Positions 26,601 through 38,600 of a stretch of 64,000 nucleotides of DNA are shown one piece after another; the first letter of the stretch is position 1; each line of letters begins with the position of its first letter. The DNA comes from Malacoraja senta. Its lineage: Eukaryota. A program made the translations under genes and the position numbers. The notes under the pieces were generated by a model. It saw nothing but the letters and a program-made list of their open reading frames with translations, was not told the DNA's origin and ran no database searches. The stretch is taken from NCBI GenBank assembly GCA_038087875.1, contig JAXLNO010000081.1, positions 124,001 to 188,000 on the forward strand, in the 5' to 3' direction.

Positions 26601-29600
26601 ATCCCTTAGTCTTAAACTATGACCCCTGTTTCTCAACCCCCCAACATTGGGTACATTGTTCCTGTATCTAGCCTGTCCAATCCCTGAAGAATTTTATATG
26701 TTTATATATGATCCTCTCTCATCTTTCTTAATTCCAGTGAATACTGTATGCCCAGTCGATCCATTCTTTCATCATATATCAGTCCTGCTATCCCAGAATT
26801 AACCAGGTGAACCCACGCTGTACTCCCTCAACAGCAAAAATGTTCTTCCTCACCACCTTATCTTTTTCTCCAGAGATACTGCCTAACCCGGCTGAGTTGT
26901 TCCAGCACTTTGTGTCTATCTTTGGTATAAACAAGCATCTGTATTTCCTTCATACTCATAATTGTAACGTTCGTGCACCTCTAGCCAGGATCCCGCTGTA
27001 CAAGAAGGGAGCAAAGCAGAAGAGCGGGATCTATAGGCCAGTTAGCATGACTTCGGTGGTAGGTAAGATTTTAAAGTCAATTATAAAGGATGAGGTTACG
27101 CAGTACTTGGAAGTTCACGATAAAATAGGCCAAAATCAGCATTGTTTTATGTAGGGAACATCTTGCCTGACAAATCTGCTGGAGTTCTTTGAGGAAGTTA
27201 ACAGCAGGACAGACAGAGGAGAGGCTGGAGTTGTTGTTTACCTAGATTTTCAGAAGGCCTTTGGTCAGACTGCTCGGGAAGCCCATGGTATTGAAGGCGT
27301 TGGCTGGATGGCAGAAGGCAAAGAGTTGCAATAAAAGACGCTTATTCAGGTTGGCTGCCAATGACTAGTGGGGTTCCGCAAGGGTCGGGGCCTGGGCCGA
27401 TTCTCTTCTCCTTGTATATTAATTTGGATAAAGGGATTGAAGGCTTTGTGGCCAAGTTTGCAGATGATGCTAAGAGGTGGAGGGGCAGGCCGTGTAGAAG
27501 AAGCATAGACTCTGCAGAAGGACTTGGACAGGTTACGGGAGTGGGCAGAGAAGTGGCAGATTAAATTTATTATAGCAAAATGCGGAGTCATGCATTTTAG
27601 TAATAAGAATAAAGGCGTATTTTCTAAATGGAGAGAGAATCCATAAATTGGAGCTGCAAAGGGACGCGGGAGTGCTGGTGCAGGACACCCAAAAAGGAAA
27701 TTTGCAAGTCGAATTAGTAGCAAGGAAGGCAAATTCAATGCTGTCATTTATATCAAGAGGACTGGACTACAAAAACAGAGATATAATGCTGAGGCTCTAT
27801 AAGGCGCTGGTCAGGCCACATTTGAAGTATTGTGAGCAAATTTGAGCACCATATCTGAGGAAGGATGTGCTGGCCCTGGAGAGGGTCTAGAGGAGGTTTA
27901 CAAGAATGATTGCAGGAATGAGAAGGTTAGCATATGATGAGCGTTTGACAGCACTGGGCCTCTACTCGCTGGAAGTTAGAAGGCTGAGGGGGGACCTCAT
28001 TGAAACCAACAGAATAATGAAAGGCATAGATAGAGTGGATGTGGAAAGGATGTTTCCACTGGTGGGAGGGTCTAGGACCAGAAGTCATAGTTTCAGAATT
28101 AAAGTGTGCTCTTTTAAAATGGAGGTGAGGAGGAACTGCTTTAGTCAGAGGACAGTAAATATGTGGAATATTGCCACAGGGGGCTGTGGATGCCGTCAGT
28201 GGATATTTTTAAGGCAGAGATAGACAAATTCTTGATTAGAACGGGTGTCAAGGGTTATGGGGAGAAGGCAGGAAAATGGCATTTGGTGGCAGAGATCAGC
28301 CATGATTGAAGGCCGGAGTAGACTTGATGGGCCAAATGGCCTAATTCTACTCCTATAACTTGTGAATACTTTCCTCTGTGAATTCCGAGCCATGGAGCAG
28401 AACAGCACGGAAACAGGCCATTCGGCCCACTTTCCTCATGATGACCAACTTGGTATTCCAGCTAACTATCCACTCAGATGACATATAAGATCTCAGGTCA
28501 CAGTCCTTATATTGGAGCGAAGAGGCAAAATTACAACATATTTTCTTTGGTGTCAAGATTTACGTAAACCATAACATGTAGAAGCAGAAATAAGCCATTC
28601 AGTCCACCGAGCCTATTCTGTCTTTTCCCTGTCAACCCCATTCACCAGCCTGCTCCCCGTAACCTTTGACAGCCTCACATAAACTATCTCTGCCTTCAAA
28701 ATGTTCACAGACTTGGCCTCCACAGCCATCTGTGGCAATGAATTACACAGATTTATTACCCTCTGACTAATGAAATTCCTCATCATCTCCATTTTGAAGG
28801 TACACCCTTCTATTCCGAAGCAGTGTCCTTTGGTTCTAGTCTCTCCCATTATTGGAAACATCCTCTCCACATCCACTCTATCGAGGCATTTTGCTCGTCG
28901 ATAAGTTTCAATGTGGTCTTCCCTTCATCCTTCTAAACTCCAGCGAGTAGAGGCCCAATGCCATCAAACACACATCATATGTTAACCCACTCATTCCTGA
29001 GATCATTCTCGTAAACCTCTTCTGGACCATCTCCAGAGCCAGCGCATCTTTCCTTAGATATGGGGCCCTAATTTTCAATTTTTAAGTATATCCCCCATAA
29101 GACCATAAGACAGAAGACCAGATGTAGGCGATTTTGTCCATCAAGTCTACTCCGCCATTTAATCATGGCTGGTCTATTTTGCCTTGTCATCCCCATTCAC
29201 CTGACTTATCCCCTTAACCTTTGACACCCAAAATAATCAAGAACCTATCAATCTCTGCCTTAAAAAATACCCAAATAGCTTGGCCACAGCCTTCTGTGGC
29301 AATTATTTCCACGGATTAACCAACCTCTGGCTAAAGAAATTCCTCCTCATCTCTATTTCGAAGGTACGTCTTTTATTCTGAGGCTGTGCCCTCTGCTCCT
29401 GGACTCTGCCACTAGTGGAAACATCCTCTCCTCATCCACGGTATCCAAGCCTTTCACTGTTTGGTAAGTTTCAATGAGGTCTCCCCCTCAGCCTTCTAAA
29501 CTCCAGCAAATACAGGCCCAGTGCCGTCAAACGCTCCTCAAACATTAACCCAATAATTCCTGGGATCATTCCCGTAAGCCTCTTCTGGACGCTCCCCAAA

Positions 29601-32600
29601 GCAAAAGCAGCCTTCCTCAAATATGTGGTCCAAAATGCCAAAAATATTCCAAATGTGGCCTCACCAGCACCTTATAAACCCTCAGCCTCAGCATCCATTA
29701 AACCTGGTTACAACACATTATTGGATTTACTGATGGGGAGGGTATTTTTTCGGTCCCAATAAACTCTTGCAGACTCTTACAGTAATGCATGGTCATCCGA
29801 TTCAGAGATCAATTAAGAATATTTTACCACTCTTAGAAGTAGCAAGTCACGAACAAAACATATTCTGTAGACAGATGCAAAAAGCTGGAGTAACTCAGTG
29901 GGACAGACAGTCTCTCTGGAGAAGATGTTTTGGTGACGTTTTAGGTCAAGACCCTTCTTCAGACTGGATAGAGTGGATGTGGAGAGGATATTTCCAATAG
30001 TGGGAGAGTCTAGGACCAGAGGTCATAGCCTCACAACATTCCTTTAAGTAGGAGATGAGGAGGAATTTCTTTAGTCAGTTTAATCTGTGGAATTCATTTA
30101 CACAGAAGGCTTTGGAGGCCTAGTCAATAGATATGTTTATGGCAGAGATAGATATATTCCTGCTTATTACAGGTGTCAAGGGTTATGGGAAGAAGGGAGG
30201 AGAATTGAATTAGGAGAGAAAGATGGGTCAGCCTTGATTGAATGGGATAGTAGACTTGATGGACCAAATGGCCGAATGGCCTAATTCTACTCCTAATGAG
30301 GGAGGTGGGGGGGGGTGAGTCAAAGGACAATGTGAGACATAGGTGTTGATGTAGAGAGATATAGAACAAGTGAATGAAAGATATGCAAAAAAGTTACAAT
30401 GATAAAGGAAAAGGCCATTGTTAGCTGAGGACTAGGTGAAAGCAAGGCACAGACAGTGAAACTCACCAGGACGACAATTAGTACAATGACAAGGGTGGGG
30501 GAGGGGAGAAGAGCGAGGGGATGCAAGGATTACTGGAAATTAGAGAAATCAATTCTCATACCGTTGGGTCGAATGCTGCCTAAGCGATATATGAGGTGCT
30601 GTTCCTCCAATTTGCGTTTGGCCTCAGTCGGACAACGGAGGAGGCCCAAGACATTGAGGTAAATGTGGGAATGTGAAGGGGAGTTAAATTGTTTGGCAAC
30701 TGGGAGATCACATAGGTCCAGGCGGACTGAGCGAAGGTGTTCAGCAAAACGATTGCCCAGTCTACAGTCTCCTATGAGTCCATGGAGCCTGGGGCCAACG
30801 GACCCTGGGTTGACAGAACCATGGCTATAGCATGGGTCGGTGCCATGGAAACGTCCAGAGAGGACACGGCAGCGCTGGTGGAGTGGTCGGTGCAGCGGTC
30901 GACGGACGAGGATGGACAGATGGAAGTGAGGACACCGCTGCCGGGGAAAGGGACGAAGGATGTCCCGGCATGTGTTGTCCTCCGTGAGAGAGGGGAAAGA
31001 ACTATGGAGGACAAGGCGTGGCAGGACCGGCATGAGGTGAGGGGGAGGGGGAAAGACCAATGGTGGACCTGGCCTGTGGGTACTTTGTAACTTTGTAAGC
31101 GCCCTTTGTGTGGCGACTATTTGCATACCTAGGGTATGCATGCAAAGAATTTCACTGTGACTTCTCACATGTTTCTTTAAAGTAGTAATTAATTAATTAA
31201 TTCATTCATTTACTCCTTCCCTACTCATGTACCCTTTCATATGCATTTTACTTGTTGTTATTATACCTGCCTCAACTATTTACCCTGGCAGCTCGTTCCA
31301 TGTACCCACCCCCCCCCCCCCCTCGATGTGAAAATGTTGCCTCTCAGGTTCAAATAGAATCTTTCCCTTCTCACCTTAAAACTATGCCCTCAATTTCACG
31401 ACTCTGGGAAAAGTGAGTGCATTCACACTGTCTATTTCCCTCCTGATTTTATCCACCTCTATGAGAGCTCCCCTCTTACTACCATGCTCCAAGATAATAA
31501 AGTCTATGCCTGCCCAACCTCTCGTACAGTCAAAGAGAGTCATAGAGTCATGCAGCATGGAAACAGGCCCTTTGGCCCAGATTACCCACACTGACCAACA
31601 TGTCTCATCTACACTAGACCAACCTGCCTGCGTTTGAACCATATCCCCCTAAACATGTCCTAATGTACCGTTCTAAATGTTTCTTAAATGTTGCAATAGT
31701 AGCTGCCTCATCTCTTCTTCCGGCGACTCGTTCCATACACCCATGCCTTCCCCTTCAAGATAGCTCAGTCCCTCGAGTCCTGGCAACATTCTCATAAATC
31801 TCCCTTGCACTCAGTCCTACCTAGTGGCATTTACCCTATATCAGGGTGACCAAAACTGAACACAATAATCAAAGTTAAAGATAATTCTTTACATTATAAT
31901 TCTTTAAAGAAAAATAATTCCAACATCTGAAAAATAGTAGAGACTTTTGCCTTTAGATAAACAGCATGGAATCAGGCCCTTCCGCCCAATGAGCCCACAC
32001 CAACCAGCAATCCCTGAACACTGGCAATACCCAAAACACAGGGGAAAATTTACAATTTTATCGAAGCCAACGAACCCCGTAAACCTGTACGTCTTTGGAG
32101 TGTGGGAGGAAACCGGAGCACACAGAGAAAACCCACGCGGTCACATGTAGAATGAACAATCTCCATACAGACAGCACCCATAGTCAGCATCGAACCCAGG
32201 TCTCTGGCATTGTAAGGCAGCCACTCTACAACTGCGCCACCGTGCCGCCCGATTTCAATTCCACTTTTGTAATTTGCTTTGCTTTGCTCGTTGTAAACAC
32301 GATTTTCCATCATCAAAACTATGCATCAAGGCACCTTCTTCAATTGTCCAATGTTCTCATAGTCATGCAACATGGAAACAGGCCCTTCAGCCCAACTAGC
32401 CCACACTGACCAATGTCCAATAGTCCCACCTGCCTGCGTTTGACCCATATCTCTCTAAAGCTGTCCTATAAATGTACCTGTTTAATTGTTTCTTCAATGT
32501 TGTAATAGACCCTGCCTCAACTACCTCCTCTGGCAACTGGTTCCATACATCCACCACCCTCTGTGTGAAAAAGTTACCCCTCAGATTTCTATTAAATCTT

Positions 32601-35600
32601 TCTCCCTTCACCTGAAACCTATGTCTTCTGGTTCTTGAATCCCCTACTCTGGGCAAGAGATTCTGTGTGTCAACCCAATCTATTCCTCTCATGATTTTAT
32701 ATTCCTCTATAAGATCACCCCTCATCGTCCTGCACTCCAAGGAATAGTGTCCCAGCCTGCTCAACCTCTCCCTGTAGGTCAAACCCTCTAGCCCCGGCAA
32801 CATATTAGTAACATGCTCTTTAAATATTTGGTAACAATGAAGAATATATTCAGCAAAAAAGTAATTACTGTTGTAACGACCATAACCGCCAAGGTTACCT
32901 GTTGAAGAAACAGATTAGTATAAGCATGGTTTGCAGAGAATAATTCGGAAGTAAACAATTTTCACTCAAAAGTTACATTTATTTTAACGATCGAACTATC
33001 CGATAAGACAAAGTTGTGAATCGCTCAACACTTCCCAGGCTTATCGAAAAGAAACAGTGCTGGTGGAAATCAGTGGGTCAGGCAGCATCTGTGAAGGGAA
33101 TGGTCAGATGACATTTCAGGTTGGGATCCTTCTTCAGACTGATAGGAACATGGGAGGGCGGTGGGTGGGAGAAAACAGAAAATGAGAGCTGGGGTTAGGT
33201 GGTGCAAAACGTGGCAAGAAATAGGTGGTAGAAAGACAAAAAATGCTGGAGTACATCAGCAGGAAAGGCAGCATCTCTGGAGAGAAAGTATGGATACGTT
33301 TCGGGTTGAGACCCTTCTTCAGACTGAGAGTCGGGGAAAGGGAAACGAGAGATATGGTTGGTGATGTCGAGTGATATAGAACAAATGAATGAAAGATGCA
33401 AAAAAGTAAGGACAATCAAGGAAACAGGCTGTTTCCATTGTTGGCTGTTTGGGAGGAGAGAACGAGAAACTGCTGCAACTTAGGTGGGGAGGGATGGAGA
33501 CAGAGGGAATGCAGGGGTTGCTTGAAGTTAAATAAATCAATATTCAGACCACTGGGTTGTAAGCTGCCCAAGCGAAATATGAGGTGTTGTACCTCCAATT
33601 TGCAGTTAGCCTTACCGACAATGGAGGAGGCATCGGACTGAATGGTCAGCGTGGGTATGGGAATGTACGGGTGAAGGCTGAGGGTTGAAAGGCAGCTATG
33701 TGGACTAAGTGACAAAAGCTGGACTTAAAAAGGAGACAAAAGGGTGTCAGAGAAGGAAAGCAAAGTAAAATACAATGGGGGGGGGGTGTGAGAGGTGGAA
33801 TTGGGTGGAAGGGGACAGGGGTGAGGGGAAAGTGGGGGAGACAATAAGGAAATGGGGGGGGGGCTCAAGAATGGAGGTGAGGGTACAAAGATCGGGGAGA
33901 GAATACAGAAATTGGTGAAAGGGACTTTGGGGTGCTGGTTAGGATTCCCATTAAGTTAATCTGCAAGAAAGCAAATTCAATGCTTGCATTTATTTCAAGA
34001 ACGCTTGTATACAGAAAATGGGGATGTAATGCTGAGATTCTATAAGGCGCTGGTACAGCTGCATTTGGAATATTGTGAGCAATTTGGGGCACCATATCTC
34101 AGGATGTGGTGGTTCTGAAGAGGGACCAGAGGAGGTTTACAAGAATAATCCCAGGAATGAATGGGTTAACCTATGATGAGCATTCCTGGGCACTGGGCCT
34201 GTACTCGCTGGAGTTTACAAGAATGAGGGGGACCTGATTGAAAACATACAAATTAGTGAAAGGCTTGGATAGAGTGGATGTGAAGAGGATGTTTCCACTA
34301 GTGGGAGAGTCTCCAACTCTCCCACTGGTGGCAATAATAAGGTGAACGCTCACAGTCTTTTCCTGGGGTAACAAATCTAAAACTAGAGGTGGCAGTGGTG
34401 CAGTAATAGAGTTGCTGCGTCACAGCGCCAGAGACCCATATTACAGGTGTTATCTGCACTGAGATTGTACGTTCTCCCTGTCACCTGTGTGGGTTTTCTC
34501 CAAGATCTTTGGATTCATCCCACACTACAAAGACGTACAGAGTTTGTCAGCTAATTGGCTTGGTATCATTGTAATTTGTCCCTGGTGCGTGTAGGATAGG
34601 GTTAGTGTGCGGGGATCACTGGTCGGTGCAGACACGGTGGGCCGAAGGGCCTGTTTCCATGCTGTATCTCAAAGTAAAACTAAAACGAAGCTCATGGAAT
34701 GACCATCTCTCGATTTCCCTCCACAGATACTGCCCGACCCACTGACTTTAATTTAGTTTAGAGACATAGCATGGAAATGAATTGAAATGAAATCAACTAT
34801 ACATCTTGGAATCAGGCCCTTCCTGCCCATCCATTCCCTGCCAGCCATCGATCACCGTTCACACTAATACTACGTTATCCCACTTTCTCATCCACTCCCT
34901 CCATCCTATGGGGTGATTTTACAAAGGGCAAATTAAACCTACAAATCCGCGCCCTGCGGGACGTGGGAGGAAACCAGAGCACACGAAGGAATCCCATGTG
35001 CAAACCCCACACAGACAGACAGCAGCCGAGGTCAGGATCGAACCTGTGCTGTGTGGCGCTGTGAGGCAGCGGCTCTACCCAGTGCGCCACTGGGCCACCC
35101 TCCAGCATTCTGCATTGTTGCTCTATGACCATGCCTATATCTGATGAAAGATTATAGACCTGAAACATGACTCTGTCGCGCCAGCCTGCTGAGTAATTGT
35201 AGCATTCACCATTATTAGAATGACATAGTTTTTAACATGGAGTCATCGAATCATAGAATGACACAGTGTGGAAAGACTCCCTTCGGCCCAACTTGCCCAC
35301 ACAACACATCCCAGCTGCACTAGTCCCACCTGCCAGCATTTGGTCCATATCCATCCAGACATGTCCCATCCATGTACCTGTCAAACTGTTTCTTAAACAT
35401 TGGGATAGTCCCTACCTCAACTACCTCCTCTGGCAGCTTGTTTCATACACCTACCAGCCTTTGTGTGAAAAAGTTACCCCTCAGATTCCAATCAAATATT
35501 TTCCTCTTCGCCTTAAACCTATGTCCTCTGGGCTTCGATTCAACTACTCTGGGCAAGAGACTCTGTGCATCTGCCCGATCTATTCCTCTCATGATTTTAT

Positions 35601-38600
35601 GCACCTCAATAAGATCACCACTCATCCTCCTAGGAACAGACCGAGCCTGCTCAACCTCTCCCTGTAGCTCAGGCCCTCTAGCCCTGGCAATATTCTTGGA
35701 ACATGGCCTTAAAAAAATTGGTAAAAATAGAGATGAAATTTTGCAAAAAAGTAATTACCGTAGTAACCACCATGGTTACCTGTTCAAGAAAGAGATTAAA
35801 ATAAGCATGGTTCAAGAGAACAATTTGAAAGTAAACATTTTTCACTCAAATGATAGTTATTTTAACGATCAAACTATCCGATAAGATAAAGTTGTCATTC
35901 GCTCAACATTTCTCAGGCTTATCCAAAATAAACAGTTGGAGGGTATGGACAGATGATGTTATGCAGCATCTGTAGAGGGTATGGACAGATGATGTTTCAG
36001 GTTGGGACTCTTCTTAAGACTGATAGGAATAGGGAGGGGGGCGAAAAAACTGGAAATGAGAGGTGGGGTTCGGTGAGGCAAAGCCGAGCAAGTGCTTGAT
36101 GGTAGATAGACGCAGAATGCTGGAATAACTCAGAGGGAAAGGCAGCATCTCTGGAGAGAAGGAATGGGTGACGTTTCGGGTCGAGACCAATCTTCAGTCT
36201 GGGAGAGGGTAAAGGAAATGAGAGAAATGGACGTTGATGTAGAGAGATATAGAACAAATGAAGGAAAGATATGCATGAAACAAATGAATGAAAGTAACGA
36301 CAATAAAGGAAACAGGCTGTTTCTAATGCAGTGACAGATTTTTAAATTGTTTCAAGGATTCTTTCCTTTAGTCGCTATGATTGAAGACAGGGGATCAGAA
36401 GATAATCGATACGCACTCAAAGGTTCCAAACCGTAGTTTAAAAAATTTCACATACCATTATTCTGTTCTCCCTAAAGTGAAAGATAAGCTGAACAAAAAA
36501 CATTACCTCCGTATACAATTGGATGAGAATCTGTGAAATAAACAGAATTGTGTGATTATTGCCTTTATTAAATCATGTATATAATCACTTTTCAAACACA
36601 GGCCCAAGGCTTCACCAAATTGCCATTTCCCAATAGATCTATAGGTAGGAAACACAAACATCCCCACACAGAAATGGAATACCTCCAGCCAGGCTATGGA
36701 GAGACTTTGATGCTGATGATAACCGCATGTAACCCAAGAAAATGTTCCTGTTCTCAGGCAATTCATTCAAGGTGGACCACCTCCTTCTCACTGTCCATTC
36801 AATGCCTGCCTAGTATAACTGATTTATACTAGAAATTCATAAGTTATAAGTTCTAGGAGCATAATTAGTCCATTCGGCCCATCAAGTCTACTCTGCCATT
36901 CAATCAAAGGAGATGCAGTAGATGTTGTTTACCTAGATTTTCAGAAAGCTTTTGACAAGGTGCCACACGGGAGACTGCTAAGGAAGATGAGAGCCCATGG
37001 TATCAAAGGGCAGATAGTAGCATGGATATCTGGTTGGCTGGATGGCAGAAGATAAAGATTGGCAATAAAGGAGGCTTTTTCTGGTAGGCTGCCAGTGACT
37101 AACAGAGGTCCGCAGGGCTCGGTGTTAGGGCTGCTGCTCTTCATGTTGTATATTAATGATTTGGATGAGGGAATTGAAGGCTTTGTGACCAGGTTTGCAG
37201 ATGAAATGAAAATAGGTGGAGGGGCAGGTAGTCTAGAGAAAACAGGGACTCTGTAGGATGATTTGGACAGGTTGGCAGAGTGGGCAGAAATGGGGCAGAC
37301 CAAATATAGTGTAGCAAAGTGTGGAGTTCATCATTTTGGTAGTAGGAATAAAGGCGTTGATTATTTTCTAAATAGAGAGAGAATCCAGAAATCGTAGGTG
37401 GAAAGGGACTTGTGGGGGTGCTGGTGCAGGATTCCCAAAAAGTTAATCTGCAAGTCGAATAGGTAGGAAAGAAAGAAAACTTAATGCGAGCATTTATTTT
37501 TAGAGGGCTTTTATACAAAATCAAGGATGTAATGCTTAGGCTCTATAAGGCTCTGTTCAGGCTGCATTTGAAATAATGTGAGCAATTTTTGGCACCATAT
37601 CTGAGGAAGGATGTGCAAGTTCTGGAGAAGGTCCAGAGGAGGTTTACAAGAATGCTCCCAGGAATTAGTAAATTAAGCTATGATGAGCGTCTGTCAGCAC
37701 TGAGCCTGCACTCATGGAGTTTAGAAGAATGAGGGGGACCTCATTGAAAACATACAGAGTAGTGAAAACATACAGAGGGTGGTAAATCTGTGGAAATATT
37801 TGCCACAGAAGGCTATGGAGGCCAAGCCAGTGGATATATTTAAGGCAGAAATAGATAGATTCTTGATTAGTACGGGTGTCAGAGGTTATGGGGAGAAGGC
37901 AGGAGAATGGGGTTTGGAGGGAGAGATAGATCAGCCACGATTGAATGGCAGAGTAGACTTGATGGGCTGAATGGCCTAATTCTGCTCCTATCATTTATGA
38001 TATGATCTTATGATCTTACGGCTGATCTATCTCTCCCTCCCAGCTCCATTCACCTGCATTCGCTCCATAACCCCTGACACCCTTACTAATCATGAATCTG
38101 TCAATCTCTACCTTGGACCAATTTCCCTCCTGGGATGAATACATTTCTATTGTATCATATCGTATTGTATCAAAAATTATCCATTGACTTGGCCTCCACA
38201 AACATCTGTCCCCAAACAACTCTCACCAACTTCTACAGATGTATCGTAGAAAGCATTTTATCGGGATGCATCACAGCATGGTTTGGGAACAGCTCCATCC
38301 AAGACCGCAAGAAATTGCAGAGAATTGTGGACGCCGCCCAGACCATCACACAAACCAACCTCCCTTCCATTTATTTCATTTGCACCTCATGCTGCCCCGG
38401 CAAGGGCATCATCAAGGATGAATCACACCCTGACCACTCCCTCTTATCCCCTCTCCCAACAGGCATAATGTACAGAAGTGTGAAACTGCAAACCTGCAGA
38501 TTCAGGGACAGTTTCTTCCCAGCTGTTATCAGGCAACTGAACCATCCCACAAATTAGTATAGAATAGTCCTGATCTGCTGCATACCTCATTTGAGACCCT

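Noticed and set aside
36455..36470. Candidate 16-nt exon (tttag|GGAGAACAGAATAATG|gtatgt)
   Set aside because: Frameshifting length and only about 35 nt from the exon 2 donor.
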